Below are positions 29,772 through 39,114 of a stretch of DNA of 64,000 nucleotides, one piece after another; position 1 is the first letter of the stretch; each line of letters begins with the position of its first letter. A model generated the notes under the pieces. That model saw nothing but the letters and a program-made list of their open reading frames with translations. It had not been told where the DNA came from and searched no databases. Origin of the DNA: an uncultured Gemmatimonadales bacterium (GTDB lineage Bacteria; Gemmatimonadota; Gemmatimonadetes; Gemmatimonadales; GWC2-71-9); the NCBI GenBank assembly GCA_963828735.1, contig CAWHFW010000003.1:160001-224000 (forward strand), in the 5' to 3' direction. Made by a program: the position numbers and the translations under genes.

Positions 29772-32510
29772 CTACTTTCCGGCGGACAGCTGGTCCGCCT
29801 GCCGCCGCGCCGCGGCGAGCACGCTGTCGGCGCGCTGGTTCGCCTCGCGCACGACGTTCGCAGCCTGGTTGTCCGCCTGCTTGCGGACCTGGTCAGCGGC
29901 GGGCTTGGCCGCGGCCTGGAGGAGCGGATTGGTGCCCGCCTTGGCCATGAGCGAGTCAGCCTGCTTGTATCCCTCCAGCTTCACCTTGCTCGCCAGCGTA
30001 TCGGCCTGCTGCCGGATGGCCGCGGCTTGCTGGTCCGCCTGCGCCAGCAGCTGCGTCGCCTCGGCGGACAGCTTCTTCGTGGCCGCCTGCTCCACGCCCT
30101 GCGTCACCGACGAGGTGAGACTCCCGACATCGGCCTTGACGCTGGGATTGGTCACCGTGCCGCCGAGCTGGATGCCGAGCGGAATCTCGGACGCTGCGCT
30201 CAGGTCGACGCCCGCCTTGCCGGCCTGCGACATCACACCGGCGAGGGCCTGGTTCGCGCCGCTGCCGAGCAGTGAGCGCGGCACCTGCAGCTTGAGGGCG
30301 TACTGCAGCGACTGATCGAGGCCGTTGGAGCCGGAGACGTTCATCGTCGTCGGCCCGAGCTTGACGTCGAACGGGTCCACGCTCAAGCGGCCGTCCCGGA
30401 TCTTGAAGGCCGCCTTGATGGCGTTCAGGGTCGGGTCGTCGAGGAAGTTGAGCTTGGTCACGTCCACGACCTTGTCCAGCGGCGGGAAGTTCTGCAGCGC
30501 CACCTGCGAGGTCTGGAGCTTGCCGGCGCCGGTGAGCCCGGGGAACAGCGGCATCATGTCCTTGCCAAGCGCCCCGTTGAGCCGGAAGTCGGTCGTCACC
30601 TTCCCGATGGCGTACTTGGCCACCGGAGCCAGCATCTGAACCGTGTTGAAGGCCTTGAATGCGGACGGGATGTCCACCTTGGTCATCTTGAAGCCCAGGT
30701 CGAACGTCGGCTTGGCCAGGTTGGTAGTCTCGTAATAGCCGGTGACGCCGATCTGGCCGCCCAGCGTGTTCATTTCGAAATCCTCGAGCGTGACGCGCTG
30801 ATCCTTGAGGCGAAGCCGGCCGCGCGCATTGTTCATCACCAGGTTGCCGTACGTCAGCTGTGCGACGGTCACGCCCAGGCTGAAATCGATCTTGGGCGGC
30901 ACGGGAATCACCTGAAGATCGCTCTCGCCCGACTTCCACTCGTCCAGGTTGAACTTGTTGCTCCGCACCGTCGCGGTGCCGCGCAGCGTGTCGTCCCGGA
31001 AGGCATAGGACAGCAGGTTCTCGAGCGTGCCCGAGGCCTGAAGATCGCTGCTGCCGATGGTCCCGGCGAACGACTTGAGCTGCGCGTGCTGCGGCGCCAG
31101 CGTGAGCGAGGCCTGTTGGATCGAAAGTGGGTGCGGCAGCGTCTTTCCCTTCAAGGTGAGGCCGCCGACGTCCACGCTGCCGCTCGCATTCACCTTGTCG
31201 TACTGCTTCTTGTCCACGAACGACATTCGGGTCCGTACGGCCGCGTCCGCAGCGACGGTGCCGGTGAGCTGGTCGATCCCCTCGAGCTTCACCGTCCGGC
31301 GGACGTCGGCCAGATCCACCTTGCCCTTCACCCGAAGGTCCACGTCGGGATCCGACACCGGCGTCCGCATCGTCATCCTCGCGTCCACCGGGTTGCTGCC
31401 GAGGAGCAGGTGGAACCGGTCGAGCTTGACGAGCGTGCTGTCGACGCTGCCGCCGGGGTTGGTGAGCGCCAGGTCCATGAAGATGGACCGTGCCGGGAGC
31501 GGGAGATCGGGATACTTGAAGGCGGCGTCGTTCACCTTGGCGTTGAGCGCAAACGACGGGAAGGCGCTATCGCCGTATTCGCCCTTGACCTTGCCGTTGA
31601 CCGCGAAGGAGCCCGAGGTCTGCACCTTGTCGAAGTCGTGCGCATAGACCGCCGGCACGAGCGAGAGAATGCTGCGGAAGTTCGTGCTCGGGGCGCTGAA
31701 GGCGAGGTCGAGCCCGATATTCTTCCCGACGGTGCTCGCGGAGCCGGTCACGCTGAGCTTGAGGTCGTTGAGCTGGAGCTCGCTGGTCTTGAGCGTGTAG
31801 ATCTTCTTCGCGAGGTCCGCCTGGGCATCGGTATTGAGTGCGAGCCTCACGCGGTTGAGATACGGAACGCCGGCGAAGGTGACGCTCACCGTATCCGCGT
31901 CGGCCTTCGATCGGACCGCGACCAGCGTCTGGCTGAAGTCGCCCGACAGCGAGTGGTCGTAGCCGAGGACCGACGCGTTCAACTTCCCGTGGCGATCGTC
32001 GAGCGTCACGGCGCCATCCATGATCTCGAACCGCTTGAGGCTGATCGCCATCGGCTTCGAGGCGGCGGCTGGCGTCGCGGTCTCGGTGGTCTTCTTCGTG
32101 ATGTCCCAGTTGGCGGCGCCGTCCTCGAGCCTGATGAGCCGGAGCCGCGGGTGGTCGAGCTGGACCGTGCGGATGACGATCGGCTTGCTGCTCCCCAAAG
32201 CGGTTCCGAGCGCGCTGGCCAGGTTGACACTCACCCGGAGGTGGCGGACCGCGGCGAGGGTGTCGGCCTCGAACGGGCGGACGCCGACGGCGGTGAGGTC
32301 GTCTAGCGTCACGGTGAGGTTGGGGAAGTCGCGGAAGAAGCTGAGCCCGACGTTCCGCCAGTCCACGCGGGCGTTGACGCTCCCGTTCACCGCGGTCTTC
32401 ACGCGCGCGGCGATCGTGCCGCGGAAGAGGAACGGCAGGACCAGGAGCAGCACGACCACCAGCGCGACGACCGCGCCGACGACGGCCAGGATGCGGGTAG
32501 ATCGTTTCAT
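29772..32510 (-). CDS. AsmA-family protein
   Basis: N-terminal TM anchor, LSFFRDFPNLTV, DGAANWDI, beta-rich body, GGTVTNPSV, helical C-terminus. Confidence 0.85.
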   Translation of the reverse strand: MKRSTRILAVVGAVVALVVVLLLVLPFLFRGTIAARVKTAVNGSVNARVDWRNVGLSFFRDFPNLTVTLDDLTAVGVRPFEADTLAAVRHLRVSVNLASALGTALGSSKPIVIRTVQLDHPRLRLIRLEDGAANWDITKKTTETATPAAASKPMAISLKRFEIMDGAVTLDDRHGKLNASVLGYDHSLSGDFSQTLVAVRSKADADTVSVTFAGVPYLNRVRLALNTDAQADLAKKIYTLKTSELQLNDLKLSVTGSASTVGKNIGLDLAFSAPSTNFRSILSLVPAVYAHDFDKVQTSGSFAVNGKVKGEYGDSAFPSFALNAKVNDAAFKYPDLPLPARSIFMDLALTNPGGSVDSTLVKLDRFHLLLGSNPVDARMTMRTPVSDPDVDLRVKGKVDLADVRRTVKLEGIDQLTGTVAADAAVRTRMSFVDKKQYDKVNASGSVDVGGLTLKGKTLPHPLSIQQASLTLAPQHAQLKSFAGTIGSSDLQASGTLENLLSYAFRDDTLRGTATVRSNKFNLDEWKSGESDLQVIPVPPKIDFSLGVTVAQLTYGNLVMNNARGRLRLKDQRVTLEDFEMNTLGGQIGVTGYYETTNLAKPTFDLGFKMTKVDIPSAFKAFNTVQMLAPVAKYAIGKVTTDFRLNGALGKDMMPLFPGLTGAGKLQTSQVALQNFPPLDKVVDVTKLNFLDDPTLNAIKAAFKIRDGRLSVDPFDVKLGPTTMNVSGSNGLDQSLQYALKLQVPRSLLGSGANQALAGVMSQAGKAGVDLSAASEIPLGIQLGGTVTNPSVKADVGSLTSSVTQGVEQAATKKLSAEATQLLAQADQQAAAIRQQADTLASKVKLEGYKQADSLMAKAGTNPLLQAAAKPAADQVRKQADNQAANVVREANQRADSVLAAARRQADQLSAGK

Positions 32511-32812
32511 CTATGTCACCTCAGCCGGCTGGCGAAAATCCCAACGTTGCCGCTACGGCGTTCCGGGTCTTCCTGATGGATCGCCCCGAGTACACGGCGA
32601 TACGGTAGAAGGTAGTCTCGGCCGGCCCGGAGATGGCAGCATCCGCGGGTCGAGAGCCGGGGCGGGCCGGTCGCAGGCCACGGGCCGTCCCGCGCCGCGA
32701 ACGAACAGTCACCCACCTCCGGGCGCCCGACCAGCGCTTGTCGGCCTCCGCGTCTCTTCCTATATATGTCAGGCTTCCTCGATCCAGGCCTTCCCCCACT
32801 CGGTCACGGCAC

Positions 32813-34936
32813 GTGTTGCTCGCGGTCTCCTTCCTGCTTTCGCCGGCGGCCATCGCCCCTACGACGACGGTCCTGATCCTGGTTGCGGCTCTAATCATCG
32901 CGGTGCTCCTCCTCCGGGCGAGGCGTCAGCGCCTCCGTACCGAGCCGCGGCCGCTGCAACCGCCCGAACCCGCGCCGCGAATGCCCCCAACCGCGGCGCA
33001 TGACTGGTCCCGCGACGAGGAACGCTTCCGCACCCCGCTCGACCAGGTCGAGAACTACGCCATCGTCCTACTCGACCGCGCGGGCAAGCCCACCAGCTGG
33101 AATCCCGGGATCCGCCGCGTGCTGGGCTACGAGAGAGCCGAATTCCTCGAGAGCACCGCTGCCGACCTCTACCCCCCCGACGACCGGCAGCGCGGCGCAC
33201 CGGCCGCTGATCTCGCAGAGGCGGAACGGCAGGGCCGGTACACCACGGACCGCTGGCTCCTGCGGAGGGATGGCAGCCGCTTCTGGGGGTCGCTTTCCAC
33301 CACATCGGTGCAGGACGCCGAGGGCCGCCTGCTCGGCTTCGCCCGGCGGGTGCGCGACCTCTCGCAGCACAAGGAGGTCGAGGACCAGCTCCGCCTGAAG
33401 CAGGACGCGCTCGAGCTGGCGTTGGACGCGGCAGGACTTGGCGCCTGGGAGCATGATCTCTCGACCGGCACGCTCGCCATGGACGCCAGGGCCAGGATGC
33501 TGTTCGGCCTTACCGCCGAGGAGCGGGTGACGATGCGGCGATGCTTCGAGGCCCTGCACCCGGACGATCGTGAGCGCGCACTAGAGCACTGGGAGCGCGA
33601 CGTCCGGGACCGCGCGCAATACTCGGACGAATATCGCGTCATCTGGCCGGACGGCAGCGTGCACTGGATGATGGTCGTCGGCCGACCGGGGTCCGATCCC
33701 GGGAATGGCTCGGCCCGCCGGTTCAGCGGTGTCGTGATCGACCTGACGGAGCGGCGGCGCACGGAGGAGCACCTGCAGGAGAGTCTCAGGCTGGAGGCGG
33801 TCGGACGGCTCGCGGGCGGAATCGCGCACGACCTCAACAACATGCTCGCCGCGATCCTGGGCTTCGGCGACCTGCTCGGCCGGAGCCTGGAGCCAGGCGA
33901 TCCGCGCGCCGGGGACGTCGAGCAGATCATGCAGGCGGCGACGCGGTCCGCCGGCCTCACGCACCAATTGCTCGCCTTCGCGCGGCGCGAGATGATCCAT
34001 CCTCGCGCGCTCGACATCAACGCCGTCATCCACCACGTGCAGGCCTTGCTGCCTCCGATCCTGGGCGAGAACGTCGAGCTCAGGCTGCGTCTCGCGCCCG
34101 AGCTGGGTGCCGTATACGCCGACCCACGCCAGATCGAGCAGACCGTCATGAACCTCGTGCTCAACGCGCGCGACGCGATGCCCCAGGGCGGACAGGTCAC
34201 GATCGAGACCAGCACCGTCCAGCTCGGCCCGGGCACCGGGGCCTGGGCCAGCGAGGAGGGGCGGTTCACGATGCTGTCGATCACCGACACGGGACACGGC
34301 ATGGACGCGGCCACCCTGCACCGCATCTGGGAGCCGTTCTTCACCACGAAGCCACCGGGCAAGGGCACCGGGCTCGGCCTGGCCTCGGTGTACGGGGCCG
34401 CCAAGCAGAGCGGGGGCTTCGTGTGGGCCGACTCGGAGCCGGGCCGCGGCACCACGGTGCAGGTGTACTGGCCCGAGATCGGCGCCCCGGTCGAGCCGTC
34501 GGCGGAGCCCGAGCGCGCTCCCGCGCTCGTGGGCGGCAGCGAAACGGTGCTGATCGTGGAGGACGAGGAGCTGGTGCGCGCCCTCGCGGTCCGCGCCCTC
34601 CGAGGCTTCGGCTACGCCTGTCACCAGGCGGGCGACGCGGCCGAGGCGCTCCGGCTGCTCGTCGACCTCGAGATCCCCGTGGACTTGGTGGTCACCGACG
34701 TGGTGCTGCCGGGCATGAGCGGCGGCGAGCTGGGCAAGCGGCTGGCCCAGCGGCGCCCGCGCATTCCCGTGCTGTATACGTCGGCGTTCACGGATGCGGA
34801 GGTCATCCGGCGCGGGATGCTGGGCGAGGGACGGCCCTTCCTGCAGAAGCCGTTCACGCCCAACGAGCTCGCACGCATGGTGCGGGAAACGCTGGACGCG
34901 GCGGGAAGGCTGAAGGAGCGGGAGCTGGTGGAGTGA
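32813..34936 (+). CDS. PAS hybrid sensor histidine kinase (start uncertain)
   Basis: YAIVLLD..SWNPG, RRDGSRFW, LAGGIAHDLNNML, NLVLNARDAM, FFTTKPPGKGTGLGL, IVEDE...TDVVLP...QKPF. Confidence 0.92.
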   Translation: MLLAVSFLLSPAAIAPTTTVLILVAALIIAVLLLRARRQRLRTEPRPLQPPEPAPRMPPTAAHDWSRDEERFRTPLDQVENYAIVLLDRAGKPTSWNPGIRRVLGYERAEFLESTAADLYPPDDRQRGAPAADLAEAERQGRYTTDRWLLRRDGSRFWGSLSTTSVQDAEGRLLGFARRVRDLSQHKEVEDQLRLKQDALELALDAAGLGAWEHDLSTGTLAMDARARMLFGLTAEERVTMRRCFEALHPDDRERALEHWERDVRDRAQYSDEYRVIWPDGSVHWMMVVGRPGSDPGNGSARRFSGVVIDLTERRRTEEHLQESLRLEAVGRLAGGIAHDLNNMLAAILGFGDLLGRSLEPGDPRAGDVEQIMQAATRSAGLTHQLLAFARREMIHPRALDINAVIHHVQALLPPILGENVELRLRLAPELGAVYADPRQIEQTVMNLVLNARDAMPQGGQVTIETSTVQLGPGTGAWASEEGRFTMLSITDTGHGMDAATLHRIWEPFFTTKPPGKGTGLGLASVYGAAKQSGGFVWADSEPGRGTTVQVYWPEIGAPVEPSAEPERAPALVGGSETVLIVEDEELVRALAVRALRGFGYACHQAGDAAEALRLLVDLEIPVDLVVTDVVLPGMSGGELGKRLAQRRPRIPVLYTSAFTDAEVIRRGMLGEGRPFLQKPFTPNELARMVRETLDAAGRLKERELVE

Positions 34937-35049
34937 GCGGCGGCGAACGCCCGTACGGACGAACGCCTGCTCGACGGAACGGCCGGCTTACCCTTGGGTG
35001 AGCCGGCCGTTCTTGGATGGGTTCGTCGCGGCTTCCGCCGCGGGCGACC

Positions 35050-35436
35050 CTACCAGGGCAGGATGTCGAGCTCCTCCAGCGACGCCGCGACCAAGACCAG
35101 GGTGGGCACGTTGAGCTCACGCCGGAACCGATTCGCCGCGGCGCGCACGTCTTCGGACACCGGCACCCCGGTGCGGCGGCGGTAGTCGCGGTAGCAGTCG
35201 CCCAGGTCGTTGAAGACACGGCGGAGCGACCGCGCCTCCCGCACCTGGTCCGGGCTCCGGGTCGCGTGAGCGGCCAGCGGATCGGTTGTCCGGGAGCGGT
35301 GGCGTGCCGACTTCGGGCGACTGGCCTTGGCCCGCTGGTCAGCGGCCGCGGCTGCGTCGCTCACGCGAGCGAGCACGCGGTCGGTAAGGGCCCGGGACTT
35401 GGAATCGGTATCGGACGAGCGGGAACGTTCGGACAT
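35050..35436 (-). CDS. Hypothetical protein
   Basis: Low-complexity N-terminus and globular C-terminus (SLRRVFNDLGDCYRDYRR...LEELDILPW). Confidence 0.55.
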   Translation of the reverse strand: MSERSRSSDTDSKSRALTDRVLARVSDAAAAADQRAKASRPKSARHRSRTTDPLAAHATRSPDQVREARSLRRVFNDLGDCYRDYRRRTGVPVSEDVRAAANRFRRELNVPTLVLVAASLEELDILPW

Positions 35437-35569
35437 GGGGACCCCTGCCGAGGTGCCGCGAGAGACGCCTCCGTGCCGGAGCGGCTGGAGACTCATTGAA
35501 ACTTACCCGGTCGACCGGTGATTAGCGAGCGCGACAGAATCCTGCCCAGCACGGGAACGACGTGAGGCC

Positions 35570-35821
35570 TCAGCTCCCAGCAGCCGACACGCGTTTCGTC
35601 GCGTACGCATCCCGTGCCTGCCGGAGGACGTCGTCCAGCTCGTTCCGCAGGTCCTCGATCTCCCCCTCGATCTCGCTGAGCGACGAGCAGACCGGCGTGA
35701 CCGACAGCATCCCGTTGGCCTGCCGTACGACCCGCTGCAGGAAGATGTGGACCGTCGGCACCGGGGAGCGCGAGCTCCGGTGGACGTTGAGCATGATGCG
35801 GCGGTTGTCGGAGGAGGCCAT
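35570..35821 (-). CDS. Small hypothetical protein immediately after the radical SAM gene
   Basis: ATG directly follows the radical SAM TGA; C-terminal coiled coil (EIEGEIEDLRNELDDVL). Confidence 0.65.
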   Translation of the reverse strand: MASSDNRRIMLNVHRSSRSPVPTVHIFLQRVVRQANGMLSVTPVCSSLSEIEGEIEDLRNELDDVLRQARDAYATKRVSAAGS

Positions 35822-37492
35822 TCAGTACGATCCCAGGGTCGGGGTGACGGCGCTCTCGAGCGCCGGGTCGGCGGGACGAACCGCGCGCCGGCCGGGCGCC
35901 GGCCGGGCGATGGTGACCGTCTCTTCCATCGCGCTCTTGAGATAGGCGTTGGGATCGTGCATCATGGCGCCCGCCGGCAAGTGCGGGTACAGGTCGCCGA
36001 GATCTCGTTCGATCCGACGCGCGTAGAACTGCGGCAGCTCCGCGCTCTCCCCCTCCATGAACGGTCGCACGGTCGGGTCCTCGTCCAGCAGGCGCCGGAT
36101 GCCCGTGTGGTACTCGATTCGTCCCCAGCCCTCCGACGACATCGCGCGCACCACGTTCATCGCCCGGGGAATCATTCCATCCGTGGCGCCGAACCGGCGG
36201 CGGATCGCGCGCCAGGAGAACGAATAGCTGCTCAGATCCACCAGGTGGTCGTAGAACGCCGGCCAGTCATAGTTCTTGGGCCGTACGTTCATCGCGTGGT
36301 TGTTGTTGAGGAACGTGAATGGGAACGGCACCACTCGGCCGTCGCGCTGGTACTCGAGGTTGAGCGGCGCCGCCCGGCCGAACGCGGACAGGAGCGAGTA
36401 GGCGGGAAACGCGCCCGGCGCCAGGTCGAGAAACCGCTTGGTGAGCTCGAACGGCTCCGGTCCCTCGTCGGTATCGAGGCCCAGGACGAAGTTGGTCTGG
36501 ATGTAGGGGATGTAGCGCAGGATCAGGTTCACGTGCTCCGCCACCTGCTGCACCTTTTCCATCCCGGTCCGCCGGGTCTTCGACTTGTTGCCCATGTCGT
36601 ACCATGACTCGATGCCGGGCAGGATGGCGTGGAAGCCGTTCTTGCGGAGCCGCGCGAGGTGCGGCTCGGCGAGCAGCGACAGGCTGCTCTCGGCGATGTG
36701 CCGCAGGCGGACGCCCGGATCGGCGCGCTCGATGGCCTCCATGTAGTCGTCGAACCGTACGCCAAAGTTCGGGTCGTGCCAGCCGACGATCGGCCGCTTC
36801 ATCTTCGTCAGCAGGAACGCGAGGTCCGTGCTCACCTGGTCGAAGCCGAGGGGCTGGTAGTCCACCGTCGAGTCGATGCAGAAGCTGCAGGTGTAGGGGC
36901 AGCCGAGGCTGCCGATCATCGGCACGAACTTGACGGTGGGCGCCTTGGCGAGCGCCGCCTCCACGAACTTCCAGCGGGCCTCGAGCGGCGGGAGCTCCGC
37001 GGGCTGGCGGTTGGCAGCCAGGAGCCGGCCCTCGGGCCAGTGGGGCGCGCACTCGTCGAGCACCTCCTGCACCACGGCGCGATCGGTGAACCCGAGCACG
37101 TAATCGAAGTACTTCCGGGCATCCTCGGGATAGCAGCGCGCGTGGGGGCCGCCGAGCACCGTGACCGTGCCGCGGCTGCGATAAAGGTTGCCGATCGCGT
37201 AGGCCAGCTGCGCGGCTTGCGTGAACGCGCCGATGAAGAGGACGTCGAGATCGCTCGGCAGCTCGGCCAGCAAATCATCACCGCCCGTATAGCACACGTA
37301 GGTCACCTGGTGCCCGGCTTCCTCGCACCACACGCCCAGGACCTGGGGCATGATGCTGGCCAGGTTGGCGTTCATCAGGCGGCCATAGAGACTGTTGCGC
37401 GGGCTCTTGGTGACGAGGTCGAGGATGCCGACGCGGCGGCGGCGCGGCGTCCGACCCAGGGCTGGGGAGCTACGGGTGGTCGACGCGATCAT
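35822..37492 (-). CDS. B12-binding-domain radical SAM protein
   Basis: VLGGPHA B12-domain motif, GCPYTCSFC (CxxxCxxC), GIES, NFVLGLDTD. Confidence 0.88.
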   Translation of the reverse strand: MIASTTRSSPALGRTPRRRRVGILDLVTKSPRNSLYGRLMNANLASIMPQVLGVWCEEAGHQVTYVCYTGGDDLLAELPSDLDVLFIGAFTQAAQLAYAIGNLYRSRGTVTVLGGPHARCYPEDARKYFDYVLGFTDRAVVQEVLDECAPHWPEGRLLAANRQPAELPPLEARWKFVEAALAKAPTVKFVPMIGSLGCPYTCSFCIDSTVDYQPLGFDQVSTDLAFLLTKMKRPIVGWHDPNFGVRFDDYMEAIERADPGVRLRHIAESSLSLLAEPHLARLRKNGFHAILPGIESWYDMGNKSKTRRTGMEKVQQVAEHVNLILRYIPYIQTNFVLGLDTDEGPEPFELTKRFLDLAPGAFPAYSLLSAFGRAAPLNLEYQRDGRVVPFPFTFLNNNHAMNVRPKNYDWPAFYDHLVDLSSYSFSWRAIRRRFGATDGMIPRAMNVVRAMSSEGWGRIEYHTGIRRLLDEDPTVRPFMEGESAELPQFYARRIERDLGDLYPHLPAGAMMHDPNAYLKSAMEETVTIARPAPGRRAVRPADPALESAVTPTLGSY

Positions 37493-37615
37493 CGAGGCAC
37501 CGTCCTGGCGGAGGTGGGCACTCGAATCGCTGGGTCCCGGAAACGGGGCAGAGTAATTGGAGTGGTAGGTGACTCGGCCTATGGCCGGGCAAGCGCTTAG
37601 AGTGTATACTGCAGT

Positions 37616-37668
37616 GCTACATATCGCAAGGCTATATCGGCAGCGCTACATATCGCACGGCTATATCG
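37616..37668. promoter_or_regulatory. Operator-like 24-bp direct repeat (29-bp period) with four ATATCG boxes
   Basis: GCTACATATCGCA(A/C)GGCTATATCG twice, between the divergent radical SAM and HTH genes. Confidence 0.65.
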
Positions 37669-37700
37669 CGTAGCTGCCGCGGCCCCACCCGAAAGGCCCC

Positions 37701-37940
37701 ATGGTCCGGCTCAGGATCGATAAAATCATGGCGCGGCGTGGCATCTCGGCGTACGCGCTGAGCCGCGGTGCCGAGATCAGCTACCCGAGCGCCTACCGGC
37801 TGTCGAGGCCGGGTGGACGGTTCGGGCGGTTGCACTCTGACACGCTGGACCGGCTGTGCACCTTCTTCGAGGTGCAGCCGGGAGCATTGATGGAATGGGT
37901 GCCTAGAAAAGGCTCGAACGGCAGCGCACGCGAGCGGTAA
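37701..37940 (+). CDS. Cro/C1-type (XRE) HTH regulator
   Basis: MARRGISAYALSRGAEISYPSAYRL...TLDRLCTFFEVQPGALMEW. Confidence 0.88.
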   Translation: MVRLRIDKIMARRGISAYALSRGAEISYPSAYRLSRPGGRFGRLHSDTLDRLCTFFEVQPGALMEWVPRKGSNGSARER

Positions 37941-37949
37941 TCACACCGG

Positions 37950-38903
37950 TCAGCGCGCGGCCGTGTCCGGCGCCTGCCCTGCGGCCGTGTCCGGCGTCTG
38001 TCCTGCGGCCTGAGCCAATTTGGTTACCGCGTCCAGCACCTGCGCCGGCTGCTCCTCCTGGATGAACTGCCCCGACCCCGCCACGCTGTCGATCCCGTAG
38101 TTCCTGAGCTTCGAGCCGAGCAGCGCCCGCTGATCCGCGGGCACCTCCGAGGGATGGGTGACCGTCCCCACCAGCAGCCGCACCGGCATCGTGCATTGGT
38201 GCAGCTGCTCCGCGAGCGATGTCGGCTCCTTGGACTTCGACATCCGTTGGAAGGCGTCGATCGATCCCTTGATGTCCGCGGTTTGCCCCGCGGTGTAGGC
38301 GCGGATGACGGCGTCGGTGATCCACGTGGTGTCGCCCGAGTTGCGGACGATCTCGCGCCGCACGTCGTGTCGGAGCGCCGACTCATCCAGCGCGAACTTC
38401 ACCAGACCGCCCCCGAACTTGAACGCCTTCTTCATGCCGGGCGTGGCCGCGCTCTCCGACGGGCCGCCGTCGAGGGAGAGCAGCCCGCGCACGAGATCGG
38501 GGCGCGCGACCGCGACGCGGAACGCGATCGCGGCGCCGCTGCTCTGGGCCACGACCAGGGCGCCGGTGACACCGAGGCTGTCGAGGACCTGGCTCACGCG
38601 CCCGGACTGTGCGGCGAACGAGTAGTCCGCGTCCTTCGGGTGCGAGGACCAGCCATAGCCGAGCGGCTCGACCACGATGGTGCGGTAGCCGCGCTCGGCG
38701 AGCGGTGCGATCAGCATCCGGTAGCCGTAGGCCGAGCCGAAGATGCCCGGAATGAGCACGAGCGGCGCGCCGCTGCCGACCGTGGTGGTGCGAAGGATCT
38801 CATTGGGCCCGACCTGGATGTCGCGGACCACGGCGGCGAGCGGCGGCAGGGTGTCGGACGCCGGGGTGGACACGGCGACGAGAGCGAAGGCAAGGGACAG
38901 CAA
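37950..38903 (-). CDS. Secreted alpha/beta-hydrolase-fold protein
   Basis: Signal peptide, PLVLIPG, LGYGWS, AQSSG, GQFIQEEQP; C-terminal AAGQxPDT duplication. Confidence 0.82.
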   Translation of the reverse strand: MLSLAFALVAVSTPASDTLPPLAAVVRDIQVGPNEILRTTTVGSGAPLVLIPGIFGSAYGYRMLIAPLAERGYRTIVVEPLGYGWSSHPKDADYSFAAQSGRVSQVLDSLGVTGALVVAQSSGAAIAFRVAVARPDLVRGLLSLDGGPSESAATPGMKKAFKFGGGLVKFALDESALRHDVRREIVRNSGDTTWITDAVIRAYTAGQTADIKGSIDAFQRMSKSKEPTSLAEQLHQCTMPVRLLVGTVTHPSEVPADQRALLGSKLRNYGIDSVAGSGQFIQEEQPAQVLDAVTKLAQAAGQTPDTAAGQAPDTAAR

Positions 38904-39114
38904 TGGGGCTCCCGGGGAGCGGGGGATGCCGGTGATGATGTCGGTCGGGATCGGGCTCGCGAGGACACAGCGAGGATTACGTGGAGCGGCCCGGTGGGAC
39001 GCGCAGTGCGGATCGCGAACCGGAGGGTAGTCAGAAGCTAATGGTCGGTACGTGGCTTCGCGAGCCGGGGCTGAAATGCGGGCACGTGCCGATTTGGCCC
39101 GCTCTTCGTGCGGC

